Positions 16,930 through 26,680 of a DNA stretch of 64,000 nt are shown piece by piece; positions within the stretch are counted from its first letter, which is position 1, and every line of letters begins with the position of its first letter. Source of the stretch: an uncultured Chloroflexia bacterium (GTDB lineage Bacteria; Chloroflexota; Dehalococcoidia; SM23-28-2; RBG-16-64-32). The translations under genes were made by a program, and so were the position numbers. The DNA is taken from positions 2,385,001 through 2,449,000 of the forward strand of contig CAVQVC010000001.1 in NCBI GenBank assembly GCA_963717065.1, given 5' to 3'. A model generated the notes under the pieces. The model worked only from the letters and a program-made list of their open reading frames with translations. It made no database searches and had not been told where the DNA came from.

Positions 16930-19332
16930 GGCTTCTGCACCTGCCGGTAGCGCCTCGTCTACGAGGGCGTCCCCGTCGTCGCTGACCCCGGCGAACATGC
17001 CGTCGATGCGTTCGGGGCGGCTGGGGCCGAGGCTGTTCGATCCGCAGGCGTTGGTCTCGGAATGTCCGGGGCAGCCGTCGTTGATCCAGGCGTCGCCATC
17101 GTCGTCGGTGGCGTTGTTGCACTGGCTTCCTGCTTCGGAGGTGCCACCCACCTGCGGACACGCGTCGTTCACGAATCCGTCACCGTCGTCGTCCACCGCG
17201 TTCCCGCACTGCCCTTCGGCGACGTCGTCGACGCCGTCACCGTCGGAGTCGGTTGTTACTACGCGGCACGCCGAGAACTCGGACGTGTCGTTGGTGTCTA
17301 CGTTGACCGTGATCGCGGTCATCACCTCGCCCACCGGAACCGTCTGTCCCATCGTCACCGTGAACGGCAGGTTGCCCGCGCCATCGGTCATCCCGAAGAG
17401 AGTACCGACGTGGGTCCGCCCTTCGCCGTGAGTGCCATCGCACATGGCGTTCGAGTAGAACAGGATCGCCACGTTAGTGTTTGCGGTCGTGTTCAAGTTC
17501 CCGGTCACCGCCGTAACCGTACCGGCCGTCCCGGCACTGGACAGTACCGGGAAGTTCTGGAGGTTGTTCGGCCCCCCATCCAGGTCCCCCAGATCGTTCG
17601 GCGTAACCCCGAGCGGAGGGTAGAGGTCAATGGCCATGCGGCCGTTACCGTAGAAAGACCCGGACTGGATAGTGTTGCCGCTCGCTGATCCACTTACAAA
17701 TACCCCTTCCAGGGCGCTGTTCGCCACGACATTGTCCGTCATCGTGTTGGCGTTGGACTCTATGAGTACGCCGAGATCATTGCCCATTGGCGTCACGCCG
17801 TCGGCTGCGACGCCAATCCGGTTGTGCCCGAGATTGTTGGCGTGCGCCCCTGCTGTCAGCTCGACGCCTACCAGATCGTTTCCCGAGATAACGTTCCCCT
17901 CCGCCGTCGTAACTCCGCCGATCCAGTTCAGCGTGGCGCTCTCGTAAAACGTCACGCCCGTCCTGGTGTTTCCCCGGTCAAGGGTTCCGGTGGCGTCCAG
18001 GCCAATCCAGTTGCTCCGGATCCGGTTGTACGCCGGCGACCCTACTGCCAGCACACCCCACTCGTTGCCGGAAATGACGTTTCCGGCACCGGGCAGCCCT
18101 ATCTGGTTATTCACCCCGCCGGTACCTGGAGGCTGGACCTCGAAGAAGACTCCGGTGTCGTTAGGCACGGCGTTGAAACCATCCTTGTCCAGGCCAATGT
18201 AGTTGCCGATTACGGTGTTGTTCGACGGCGATCCACCAAACCCGTGATCGAAGATGGATACACCGGCGTTAGTGTTGCCCGACAGCACGTTTCGGGCGGC
18301 AGCCGTCGTCCCGCCCACCGTGTTGGAGTCGGAGCCGCTGTTCATGCTCACACCCTGGTAGTTGGGAGCAGGTCCTGTGCCCCGGGCGTTAGTACCAAGC
18401 CAATTCCCCTGGATCACGTTGTTGTCCGAAGACTCGACCAGGATCGCGATGGTGGCGCCGTTGATCACGAGCCCCCTCATGGTGGTCGAGCCGCCGGACA
18501 CTTCGAACCCAATGAACGGCCCGCTCAGCTGGATCAAGGGGCTTCCGGAGAACCCCGGTTGAGTGCGGGCGTCGATGTTCACCGGCTCAACGATTGGCAC
18601 GAGTCCGCTCATAGTGATCGTGGCCGCCCCGGCGCCGATACCGAAGCGGATGAAGTTTGGGCCGGCCAGGTTGTTGGCCTCGTCAATAGCCGCGCGCAGC
18701 GTGCATACGCCGGGAACCGCCGTCTGGCAGAATCCGTCGCCGGGGAGCGGGTCACCGGCGTCTCCTGTCGAGTTGACGGTAAATGCCTGCCCCACGGTAG
18801 CGGGGGCGGCGCCGAGGTTGAGAATAGCGTTGACTCCGGAGGCTCCCAAGTAACCTCCCAGCTGGAAGTAGTACGTCGTGCCGTTCGTCACAGCGAAACT
18901 CACGGCTGCATTCCCGGAGTTGAACTCTTCGTCCCCGCAGGCGATGTAGGTGAGCGCGCCGTAGGTAGGGGGGGTCGCCGGCCCGCTGTACACGCCCAGG
19001 ACGGCGTCAAAAGGAGGCGGGCCGATCGTGTCCACCAGCAGCGTGCCGTTAGCTGTGGCTGTGTACCTGTACCAGGCCGTCGCCCCCGTGGAGGTGCCGC
19101 CGGAGAACTGGCCCTGGCAGCCGGAATAGCCGGTCGTCTCGCCGGCTTCGGTGGTGGCGCCGGTGGTGTCCAGAAGGTCGGTGTACGGCTGCAAGGCGAT
19201 GTCCCGCGCCGAAGCCAGGTTGTCGTTGGGCGGAGCGGCGTTTGCGGGCGGCGGTGTGCCTGTCTCAGCGAGCAGCACTAGGAGTGACAGGAGCGCGGCT
19301 CCCATTGTCGTAAGGGTAGCTTGCTTGATCAT
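16444..19332 (-). CDS. large secreted right-handed parallel beta-helix (PbH1/NosD-like) repeat protein with Asp-rich Ca-binding-type repeats and shared C-terminal module
   Basis: Start at ATG 19332 (MIKQATLTTMGAALLSLLVLLA signal, GGAAGAGG RBS). CTLRAAIDEANN motif; many GNxIG..xxG repeats; DDDGDGFVNDACP/DDDGDAWINDGCP repeats. Confidence 0.75.
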   Translation of the reverse strand: MIKQATLTTMGAALLSLLVLLAETGTPPPANAAPPNDNLASARDIALQPYTDLLDTTGATTEAGETTGYSGCQGQFSGGTSTGATAWYRYTATANGTLLVDTIGPPPFDAVLGVYSGPATPPTYGALTYIACGDEEFNSGNAAVSFAVTNGTTYYFQLGGYLGASGVNAILNLGAAPATVGQAFTVNSTGDAGDPLPGDGFCQTAVPGVCTLRAAIDEANNLAGPNFIRFGIGAGAATITMSGLVPIVEPVNIDARTQPGFSGSPLIQLSGPFIGFEVSGGSTTMRGLVINGATIAILVESSDNNVIQGNWLGTNARGTGPAPNYQGVSMNSGSDSNTVGGTTAAARNVLSGNTNAGVSIFDHGFGGSPSNNTVIGNYIGLDKDGFNAVPNDTGVFFEVQPPGTGGVNNQIGLPGAGNVISGNEWGVLAVGSPAYNRIRSNWIGLDATGTLDRGNTRTGVTFYESATLNWIGGVTTAEGNVISGNDLVGVELTAGAHANNLGHNRIGVAADGVTPMGNDLGVLIESNANTMTDNVVANSALEGVFVSGSASGNTIQSGSFYGNGRMAIDLYPPLGVTPNDLGDLDGGPNNLQNFPVLSSAGTAGTVTAVTGNLNTTANTNVAILFYSNAMCDGTHGEGRTHVGTLFGMTDGAGNLPFTVTMGQTVPVGEVMTAITVNVDTNDTSEFSACRVVTTDSDGDGVDDVAEGQCGNAVDDDGDGFVNDACPQVGGTSEAGSQCNNATDDDGDAWINDGCPGHSETNACGSNSLGPSRPERIDGMFAGVSDDGDALVDEALPAGAEAYDCDGDGFTGAAETGTPLCGNGKNDDGVSPMSDDGVLDDGCPGGPAQVGTFSEAQFKIGTLDQDPCGSNGWPLELFTGAGSMNQITLQDLTSFLGGPRRFGTSPGHPDFSSRWDLLPGGAPNWINLQDFTAMIAAASSTGKPPMLGGARAFGSPGPVCPWP

Positions 19333-19563
19333 CGCGACCTCTTCCGCGCGCCCTCTAGGCACGGCTTGGGCGGGGGCAGTTAGGCAGGGCGTGCTTTTCT
19401 GCGAGTATATCGCCGCGATTCGGAGCCCGGCATCGAGCAAACTACCCATTTCTCAGGGCGAAAAGGAGGCGAGAATGACCGAACGAGCACCGTTTCTGGC
19501 AATTTGTGGCAGAGAATGCGTACTAGCTGGAGGTCGAACTTGGCCGCTTGCGCCCCCCCTACC

Positions 19564-20049
19564 CTAAGGCCATGGGCACACCGGTCCGGGGCTCCCGAAC
19601 GCTCTCGCGCCGCCGAGCATCGGCGGCTTACCGGTGCTGCTGGCGGCGGCGATCATCGCCGTGAAGTCCTGGAGGTTGATCCAGGTTGGAGCACCGCCCG
19701 GCAGGAGGTCCCAGCGCGAGCTGAAGTCAGGATTTCCGGGGCTGGTGCCGAACCTTCGAGGCCCTCCGAGGAAGCTGGTGAGGTCCTGCAGTGTGATCTG
19801 GTTAACGCTGCCCGCGCCGCTGAAGAGCTCCAGCGGCCAGCCGTTGTTGCCGCAGGGGTCCTGATCGGGCGTGCCGATCTTGAACTGGGCTTCGGAGAAC
19901 GTCCCCACCTGGGCGGGACCACCCGGGCAGCCGTCGTCGAGTACGCCGTCGTCGCTCATCGGCGAGACGCCGTCGTCGTTCTTTCCGTTGCCGCAGAGCG
20001 GCGTGCCGAATTCGGCCGCGCCCGTGAATCCGTCACCGTCACAGTCGTA
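19564..20049 (-). repeat. copy 2 of duplicated 486-nt 3' coding module
   Basis: See 16444..16929. Weaker similarity extends about 35 codons further upstream (PERIDGMFAGVSDDGD vs PERTDGVFAGADDDGD). Confidence 0.85.
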
Positions 20050-21378
20050 CGGCGACGATACGAACAACAGCGGTTCGTCCGTCGAATCGTCCCCGTCGTC
20101 GTCCGCGCCGGCGAAGACTCCGTCGGTGCGCTCAGGCATCCCGGCGGGAGAGCCCGTGTCGGCGCCGCAGAAATGCTCGAGCTTGTCGGAGCGGCCATCG
20201 CCGTCCGTGTCGCCCGTGTCCGAAGCGTCGGCTGCCCCGTCGCCGTCGACGTTGCGGGCCAGGTCGATGATGTAGATGTGATTGCGCACCGGCAGCGAAG
20301 GAGTCTGTATGCGTGCCGCCAGCTTCGTGCCGTCGGGGCTCCAGCGCAACTCGGAGGCCACGACCCGCACGCCCAGGTAATCCGCGTTGCCCGGCTCGTT
20401 GAAGTATGTGATCCGCTGCCGCCCCGAGCCGTCGGTGTTCATCAGCCAGACGTCGGATTTGATATTGAGTAGCGCCGTGACAGCGTCCGCCGAGATGCCG
20501 TACGGCTCGGTGGCGATATAGGCGTAAACGTCACCCGCGGGCGTTAGCTGCGAGTGGTCTTCCCACTCCGCCGCCTCGCCGTTCATCCCTGAAGTGAAGT
20601 TGAGCCGCGTCACTTGTGTCGGCGTGTCGAAGCTCATGCGGCAGGTGTCCATGTAGCTGTCCGGCATGCCGGACACCGCCGTGCAGGTGATGTAGATCCA
20701 GGAGTCGTCGGCGCTCCAGCCGTGCACCTCCAGCCAGCCCGGCGCCGGCCCGGGGTTGTAGGTCACCGGGTTCTCCAGGTGCGGCACAGGAGTCGTCACC
20801 CAGTCGGCAACGATCAGGCCCCAGTCGTTGAGCCCGCCGGTTCCCTGCCCCTCGAGCTGTCCCCAGAGGAGCTTCGAGCCGTCGTTGCTGAACTGCGGCT
20901 GCAGTGTCCCCTGCCAGCCCGCAGATCCGACATCCGTGAGTTTATAAGCGTCGTTCGTCTGCAGGTCGATCGCCCAGAGGTCGTTGAAGCGTCCGAATCC
21001 TGGCTCCGTGAACCCGCTCGGGACCGACTCGTGCACCGCCTGCTCCGCCTGGAAAACGACGTACCGGCCGTCTGGATGCACAACCGGGTTCCCCTGGTCG
21101 CGGTTCGGCAACTGCGGGTGGTCGCAGGTAACGCAAGAGTGGCTGGAGCCGTCCGCGTCCATCCGCCAGACGTCGTAGTCGCCGTCCGCCTCCAGGTGGT
21201 CGTAGAAGATCGCCGAACCATCGTGCGACCAGTCAAGCAGCCCTCCGTCCGCCACCAGCGCCATCCCTGTCCGCACGTACTCCGCCGCCGAGGCCCGCGC
21301 GTCGGACGCGTCCGTGCGGACGGCCAGCAGAAGGATCGCTCCTGCCAGCGCGGCCCGCATCAATACCCCGGCATTCAC
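19564..21378 (-). CDS. secreted TolB-like beta-propeller protein with Asp-rich repeats and shared C-terminal module
   Basis: Signal peptide; PD40-like segments (HPDGRYVVFQ, SNDGSKLLW, SPDGTKLAA); DTGDTDGDGRSD. The C-terminal 161 aa are about 95% identical to those of 16444..19332. Confidence 0.75.
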   Translation of the reverse strand: MNAGVLMRAALAGAILLLAVRTDASDARASAAEYVRTGMALVADGGLLDWSHDGSAIFYDHLEADGDYDVWRMDADGSSHSCVTCDHPQLPNRDQGNPVVHPDGRYVVFQAEQAVHESVPSGFTEPGFGRFNDLWAIDLQTNDAYKLTDVGSAGWQGTLQPQFSNDGSKLLWGQLEGQGTGGLNDWGLIVADWVTTPVPHLENPVTYNPGPAPGWLEVHGWSADDSWIYITCTAVSGMPDSYMDTCRMSFDTPTQVTRLNFTSGMNGEAAEWEDHSQLTPAGDVYAYIATEPYGISADAVTALLNIKSDVWLMNTDGSGRQRITYFNEPGNADYLGVRVVASELRWSPDGTKLAARIQTPSLPVRNHIYIIDLARNVDGDGAADASDTGDTDGDGRSDKLEHFCGADTGSPAGMPERTDGVFAGADDDGDDSTDEPLLFVSSPYDCDGDGFTGAAEFGTPLCGNGKNDDGVSPMSDDGVLDDGCPGGPAQVGTFSEAQFKIGTPDQDPCGNNGWPLELFSGAGSVNQITLQDLTSFLGGPRRFGTSPGNPDFSSRWDLLPGGAPTWINLQDFTAMIAAASSTGKPPMLGGARAFGSPGPVCPWP

Positions 21379-21660
21379 TGTGCGCTGATTATACTGTCGA
21401 ATCCGATGCCTGGCCGACCATTCTTGGACTACGTTCTCACCGCCTGATCGTGGCGCGAGGTCGCGCTATGCGCTCTTGTCCCCTTCCAGTCTCGAAAATC
21501 ACGAAATTTGTGCGCTGAATCAGGCTGACACAGGTACGGCGCCGGTGTAAGATGTGGCTCGTTCAATCCGTGTTGCGAACTGGAGGTGGTGCGAACGGCT
21601 ACGCATTCTCATCGTGCGACAGAAGCGATAACATACCTTTTTCGCCCCTAAGGAGGTCCC

Positions 21661-22270
21661 ATGGGATACAAGCTTGAAGGTAGTCTCCTCGAAGTATGCA
21701 ACTGCGACGTCCTCTGCCCCTGCTGGATCGGTGAAGACCCCGACAACGGCACGTGCGACTCCGTGATGGGGTACAACGTTGCGCTCCGGCAAAATCAACG
21801 ACGTCGACGTCTCTGGCCGCACCCTGGCTTTCTCGGTGCACATCCCCGGCAACGTCCTGGCGGGGAACTGGAAGGTGGCGCTCTTTGTCGACGACAAGGC
21901 GTCCGACGAGCAAGCGGACGCCCTCGTCTCCGCGTTCACCGGCAAGCTCGGTGGGCCTCTCGCTGACACGGCTTCGCTGGTCGGCGAGGTCGCTGCCGTT
22001 GAGCGCGTACCGATTACGTTCGACGTCCAGGAGGGCAAAGGGACGCTCATAGTGGGCGACGTTGCGGAGTGCGTGATGGAGCCCTACCGCGGTCCGACCG
22101 GCCAGGTCACGACTCTCAATGAGAGCATCTTCACCACCATCCCGGGGGCGCCGGCCTGGGTTAGCAAGGCATCCAAGTACGTGCGAAACGCGGCGCGCTT
22201 CGGCCAAAAAGACATCAACCTGGAAGGCCACAACGCCATCCAGGGCTCGTTCCGTTCGAGCACAACTGAG
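21661..22270 (+). pseudogene. DUF1326-family protein, 1-2 apparent frameshifts
   Basis: MGYKLEGSLLEVCNCDVLCPCW Cys-rich N-terminus (ORF 21661..), continued in ORF 21779.. (GKINDVDVSGRTLAFSVHIPG...). The end is likely at the TGA near 22270 after a further shift. Confidence 0.6.
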
Positions 22271-22329
22271 ACAGGTATAAGGCGGCGGGGTCGCTACCGG
22301 CCCCGCCCGCTACTGCCTGATACCAGACC

Positions 22330-23115
22330 TTGTTCGTCCAGCGCGTAGACAACCGTCGATACCTGGGCCCGATGCTCATCGGGCTCATCGTGTTGGCGTG
22401 GGTGATGCTCATCGCCTGGGATGAGTCGCCGTACAGCCGCTTCCTTGACCACGGCGAGTTTGGAAACGTCAGTCTTGGCCTCAGCGCGCAGTCGCTGGGA
22501 CTGACGTTCGTTTTCGTCGGCGGCTGGACCCTGATGACGTTCGCAATGATGCTGCCGACCAGCCTTCCGCTGATCGACATGTTCCGTCGCATGACGGCGA
22601 GGCGGGATGACGCAGGAATGCTGCTTGCGCTGGTGATCGCCGGCTACATCGTTGTCTGGGCTGGGTTTGGCGTTGTTGCTCTCTTCAGCGACCGGGTGAT
22701 ACACCTAGCCGTAAACGACAGCGCCTGGCTTCAAGACAACGCCTACGTCATCGGCGGCGCCACGATCATGGTCGCCGGCCTGTATCAGTTCACGCCGCTC
22801 AAATACATGTGCCTCGACAAATGCCGCTCGCCGATGATGTTCATCGCTGGTCACTGGAGCGGCAGCCGGCAACGCATGGCATCGCTTCGGCTCGGGATGG
22901 CCCACGGTGTGTTCTGCGTGGGCTGCTGCTGGTCGCTGATGCTTCTGATGTTCGTCGTGGGCGTCGGAAACATCGGCTGGATGCTCATTCTGGGCGCGAT
23001 CATGGCCGTCGAGAAGAACGTATCCTGGGGGCGGCAACTCAGCACGCCACTCGGGGCCTCTCTGGCCGTCGGCGGCGTTGCCATTCTCGCGCTGGGCGCG
23101 ACCGGCATGCTATGA
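22330..23115 (+). CDS. DUF2182-family multi-pass membrane protein (predicted metal-binding)
   Basis: 261-aa hydrophobic ORF following DUF1326, its usual partner. The stop overlaps the next start (ATGA at 23112). Confidence 0.65.
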   Translation: MFVQRVDNRRYLGPMLIGLIVLAWVMLIAWDESPYSRFLDHGEFGNVSLGLSAQSLGLTFVFVGGWTLMTFAMMLPTSLPLIDMFRRMTARRDDAGMLLALVIAGYIVVWAGFGVVALFSDRVIHLAVNDSAWLQDNAYVIGGATIMVAGLYQFTPLKYMCLDKCRSPMMFIAGHWSGSRQRMASLRLGMAHGVFCVGCCWSLMLLMFVVGVGNIGWMLILGAIMAVEKNVSWGRQLSTPLGASLAVGGVAILALGATGML

Positions 23116-24209
23116 CCGGGCAGAAGACCGTCCGCTTCCCCAGCCCCAGTGTGGCGCAGGGCGAAGAGTTCCTCCCGCAGGAAGTCCAGCTTGCCCTTCG
23201 CAACCACGGCATGCCTCTGGAGGGCCTGCGGTACGATATCACTCCGACCGGCATGCACTACCTTCTCGTCCACTTCGACATCCCCGACGTGAAAGCTGAG
23301 AGCTGGAGGCTGGAGGTCGGGGGGCTTGTCGACAAGCCTCTCAAGCTTTCGTTGGATGAGATACAGCGACGCCCCGCTGTCGCTCAGGTTGTGACCATGG
23401 AGTGCGCCGGCAACGGACGTGCATTCATGGACCCGCGGCCCATCAGCCAGCCCTGGCACGCTGAGGCCATCGGCACCGCCGAGTGGAAGGGGACCCCGCT
23501 ACGCCCCATCCTCGAAGAGGGCGGTATCAAGCCAGGTGCCGTCGAGATCCTCTTCACCGGCCTCGACAGGGGCGTGCAGGGCGACGAGGTCCAGCTCTAC
23601 CAGCGCAGCCTCACGATGGCAGAGGCGATGAGGGAGGAAGTCCTGCTCGTCTACGAGATGAACGGGCGTCCGCTGGAGCCGCAGCACGGCTACCCTTTGC
23701 GGCTGATCGTGCCCGGTTGGTACGGCATGGCCAGCGTCAAATGGCTTGCCGGCATCGAAGCAATCGCTGAGACGTTCACCGGCTACCAGCAGCTCGGTTC
23801 CTACCGTTATACACAATCACTGGACGACCCCGGCGAGCCTGTGACACTGCAGAACGTCCGCTCCATGATGACGCCCCCCGGCATCCCGGACTTCGCAACC
23901 CGGGCGCGCCTCCTTGAACCCGGCCCGGTCACGCTCTTCGGCCGCGCCTGGGCCGGCCGCAACACCGTGGAGCGCGTCGAGGTCAGCACCGACGGCGGTA
24001 ACGCCTGGTCAGACGCTTCCCTCGACAAGCCGATCGACCGGTATGCCTGGCGAGGCTGGCGCCACGATTGGCTCGCGCAGCCCGGCCTTCACACTCTCTG
24101 CGTCCGCGCGACAGACAGCGCCGGCAACACGCAGCCGCCAGATCCACAGTGGAACGCCCACGGCATGGGCAACAACCCCGTCCAGCGCGTCACCGTCCTG
24201 GTGGAGTGA
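23112..24209 (+). CDS. sulfite-oxidase-family molybdopterin oxidoreductase (Mo-binding + dimerisation domains), cytoplasmic
   Basis: VVTMECAGNGRAF (Mo-ligand Cys); GYPLRLIVPGWYGMASVKWL; C-terminal Ig-like dimerisation segment. No signal peptide. Start at the ATG overlapping the DUF2182 stop. Confidence 0.8.
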   Translation: MTGQKTVRFPSPSVAQGEEFLPQEVQLALRNHGMPLEGLRYDITPTGMHYLLVHFDIPDVKAESWRLEVGGLVDKPLKLSLDEIQRRPAVAQVVTMECAGNGRAFMDPRPISQPWHAEAIGTAEWKGTPLRPILEEGGIKPGAVEILFTGLDRGVQGDEVQLYQRSLTMAEAMREEVLLVYEMNGRPLEPQHGYPLRLIVPGWYGMASVKWLAGIEAIAETFTGYQQLGSYRYTQSLDDPGEPVTLQNVRSMMTPPGIPDFATRARLLEPGPVTLFGRAWAGRNTVERVEVSTDGGNAWSDASLDKPIDRYAWRGWRHDWLAQPGLHTLCVRATDSAGNTQPPDPQWNAHGMGNNPVQRVTVLVE

Positions 24210-24232
24210 CTCTTAACCTCTTCCACCCACAC

Positions 24233-24934
24233 TCACCACCCGCTGGTCGCTCGGTCGTACTCCACCCGCCCGTAATTCAACGTCACCACCCGGTCCGCCT
24301 CGGAGGCGATCTTCTCGTTGTGGGTGACGAGGACGACGCAGAGACCGCCGTTCTTCGCCATCCGCCTGAGCAAATCGATGACCTGGGTCGCGTTCTTCTT
24401 GTCGAGGTTTCCGGTCGGCTCGTCTGCCAGCAGCACCGGCGGCGTGTTCGCCAGAGCGCGGGCGATGGCGACGCGTTGCTGCTCGCCGCCGCTGAGCCGG
24501 GAAGGCTTGTGGCCGTAGCGCTCCGCCGGGATCCCCACGGAGGTCAGGAGCTCCACGGCGCGCGGCTTGCGATCGCGCCGCCGCACGCCTGCGAGTTCCA
24601 TCGGCAGAAGGACGTTTTCCATCGCCGTCAGGTGCGGCACGAGGTTGTAGGCCTGGAACACGAACCCCACCTGCTCGCGGCGATAGTCGCTGAGGTCTCG
24701 GAACTTCTTGTCCACCTGCTCGCCGTCCACGAACATCTGACCTGACGACGGTTTCTCCAGGCCGCCGAGCATGCTCAACAGCGTCGTCTTGCCACTCCCC
24801 GAAGGGCCGACGATGGCGATGAATTCGCTCCTGCGCATTTCGAGGTCGATCTCGGAGACTGCGTTCACCACGCCTCCACCGTTGCTGTAGGTGCGGGTAA
24901 GGCCACGGCAACTGAGTACTGCTTCGGTCATCAC
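24233..24934 (-). CDS. ABC transporter ATP-binding protein (MacB/LolD/FtsE-like)
   Basis: Walker A GPSGSGKTT, signature LSGGEQQR, Walker B LLADEPTGNLD. Confidence 0.9.
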   Translation of the reverse strand: MMTEAVLSCRGLTRTYSNGGGVVNAVSEIDLEMRRSEFIAIVGPSGSGKTTLLSMLGGLEKPSSGQMFVDGEQVDKKFRDLSDYRREQVGFVFQAYNLVPHLTAMENVLLPMELAGVRRRDRKPRAVELLTSVGIPAERYGHKPSRLSGGEQQRVAIARALANTPPVLLADEPTGNLDKKNATQVIDLLRRMAKNGGLCVVLVTHNEKIASEADRVVTLNYGRVEYDRATSGW

Positions 24935-26484
24935 TATCCCTCCATTCTCAGGACGTCCGCGGGCCGCAATCGCGCCACTGTGACAACGGTTACGAGGGTT
25001 CCAATCAATCCCAGGAAGATCGCGATGGCCGCGCCGATGGCGATAACCTCCGGGCCTACGCCTGCGTCGATCTGGTCGAGCGCAGCTTCCACCTCTTCAG
25101 TGCGGACAGGGTCACCTGCAGGGCCGCCGATCGCCGCGTTTACGTTCCCGCCGGGGCCGCCCGGGCCGCCGGGCGGAGCGAAGAAGCCACCCTGCGATTG
25201 ATCCGTCGCTGCTTCGGCGGAAGTGCTAGGCCGGATGAGGTCCGGCAAGAACGTGTTGATCGCCAGTACGGAAGGGATGGCGATTACTACGGCCACCAGC
25301 GCGATGCCTAATGTTTCAAGCGCGAATTGCGACACGACCGTGCGGCTCTTTGCGCCGATCGCGCGGAGGATGCCGATCTCTCGCAGCCGGCCCCGCATCA
25401 CGAGGATCATCAGCAGGACCATGATTGCGCCGACCACGGCCATGCCCACCGCCATCACGACGAGGCTGGTGTTTCGCATCGTCTCGACGGGCTCCGAGAT
25501 CTGCTGGAAACTTTCCTCGGTCGTGTTCAGGGAATACTGTTCCGGGTCAACGATCCCCGCGAGATCCGAGCGTAGCGCATCGAATTCATCGACCGAGCCG
25601 ACGACGATGGCGATCGAGCTTAGTTCGCCGGCGCTGGAATCGTCCTGGAGGTCCTGGACAACGCTGAGAGGCGAGTACCAGTCGGCGATGCTAAACCCGA
25701 GGCCTCCGGAAGATGCCGTATCCGGCGTCTCGTAAATGCCGATGATCTCGGCTTCAGTCTCTGTGTAGGTGATCTCAGGGGGCTCCTCGCCGTTTCTGAT
25801 TAACACCGGCCCCTCGCCGAGCTGTGGGGCCTTCAACGTGATTGTATCCCCGACCTTCAGGCCACCCAGCGTCGCTGTGTTCTGATCGATGACGACGACG
25901 TTCTTGCCGGTGTCACCCCCTGTGAACAGGCGTCCATCCACGAGAGTGTTCGAGCCGTCTCGGAACCCCCCTAGGAAGGCGGGGTCCGCGACGCCGGTTA
26001 GAGTGGCGTCGGGCAGACTACCGAAGGCGAAGCCGCCGCCGGGGCCTGTCTGCGCGCCCGGGCTCGTGGGCGACGCGTCGGGCGTTTCTTCCTCCTCCTG
26101 GCCGGGGATGGAGTAGTTGACTGGAGTTGTCGCGAACCCCTGCGCGTTCCTGACGTACGGGAGCGACGCGATGGCGTCCACGTCCTCCTGCGTAAGAGGC
26201 TCGACGCTGTCCTGGATTGCGCCGAAGTCAACTCCCGCCGGGTCGCCTCCCGCCGCGTCGATCTGCTCCTGGATTGCTTTCTGGAACTGTTCGGGGTTGA
26301 TGTCGACGGTCGCCTCTACGCCGGTGGTGGCCTTCACCTTGTCCAGCTCATCCTGCGCCGCCATCGCCAGCGCCACCGACGTCAGCGCGAAGCTCAACCC
26401 CACCGCCAGCAGCACCACCACCAGCGCCGTCCGCAGCGGGCTGCGCACCGCGCCCTTGAACGCGCGAATCATCGTATCGAGCAA
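24934..26484 (-). CDS. ABC transporter permease, FtsX/MacB-type with large extracytoplasmic domain
   Basis: N-terminal TM, about 300-aa external domain, FtsX-like TM bundle. A Gly/Pro-rich insertion of about 70 aa precedes the last TM. The stop overlaps the start of the ATPase gene. Confidence 0.8.
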   Translation of the reverse strand: MLDTMIRAFKGAVRSPLRTALVVVLLAVGLSFALTSVALAMAAQDELDKVKATTGVEATVDINPEQFQKAIQEQIDAAGGDPAGVDFGAIQDSVEPLTQEDVDAIASLPYVRNAQGFATTPVNYSIPGQEEEETPDASPTSPGAQTGPGGGFAFGSLPDATLTGVADPAFLGGFRDGSNTLVDGRLFTGGDTGKNVVVIDQNTATLGGLKVGDTITLKAPQLGEGPVLIRNGEEPPEITYTETEAEIIGIYETPDTASSGGLGFSIADWYSPLSVVQDLQDDSSAGELSSIAIVVGSVDEFDALRSDLAGIVDPEQYSLNTTEESFQQISEPVETMRNTSLVVMAVGMAVVGAIMVLLMILVMRGRLREIGILRAIGAKSRTVVSQFALETLGIALVAVVIAIPSVLAINTFLPDLIRPSTSAEAATDQSQGGFFAPPGGPGGPGGNVNAAIGGPAGDPVRTEEVEAALDQIDAGVGPEVIAIGAAIAIFLGLIGTLVTVVTVARLRPADVLRMEG

Positions 26485-26680
26485 GCTACACCTCCCGTCG
26501 TTTCCGGCCTACTTAAAGTGCAGTGTGTCGCATGAGCGTTAACGCGTGATGAAGGCGGAATTAGAGCGCCTTAATGTCGCGCCGCTGCCCCAGTATTCGT
26601 GCCCCATTTCACAATCGCCACCTACCTGCTACAATGACGCCGCGAGGCGCATCCCATCCCCCTCGCCGGAGGCGCACCTT

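Noticed and set aside
22809-23111. Long N-terminal extension of the molybdoenzyme ORF (466-aa version)
   Set aside because: The extension overlaps the DUF2182 gene in another frame and is Arg-rich. The ATG at 23112 overlaps the DUF2182 stop and precedes the conserved domain.
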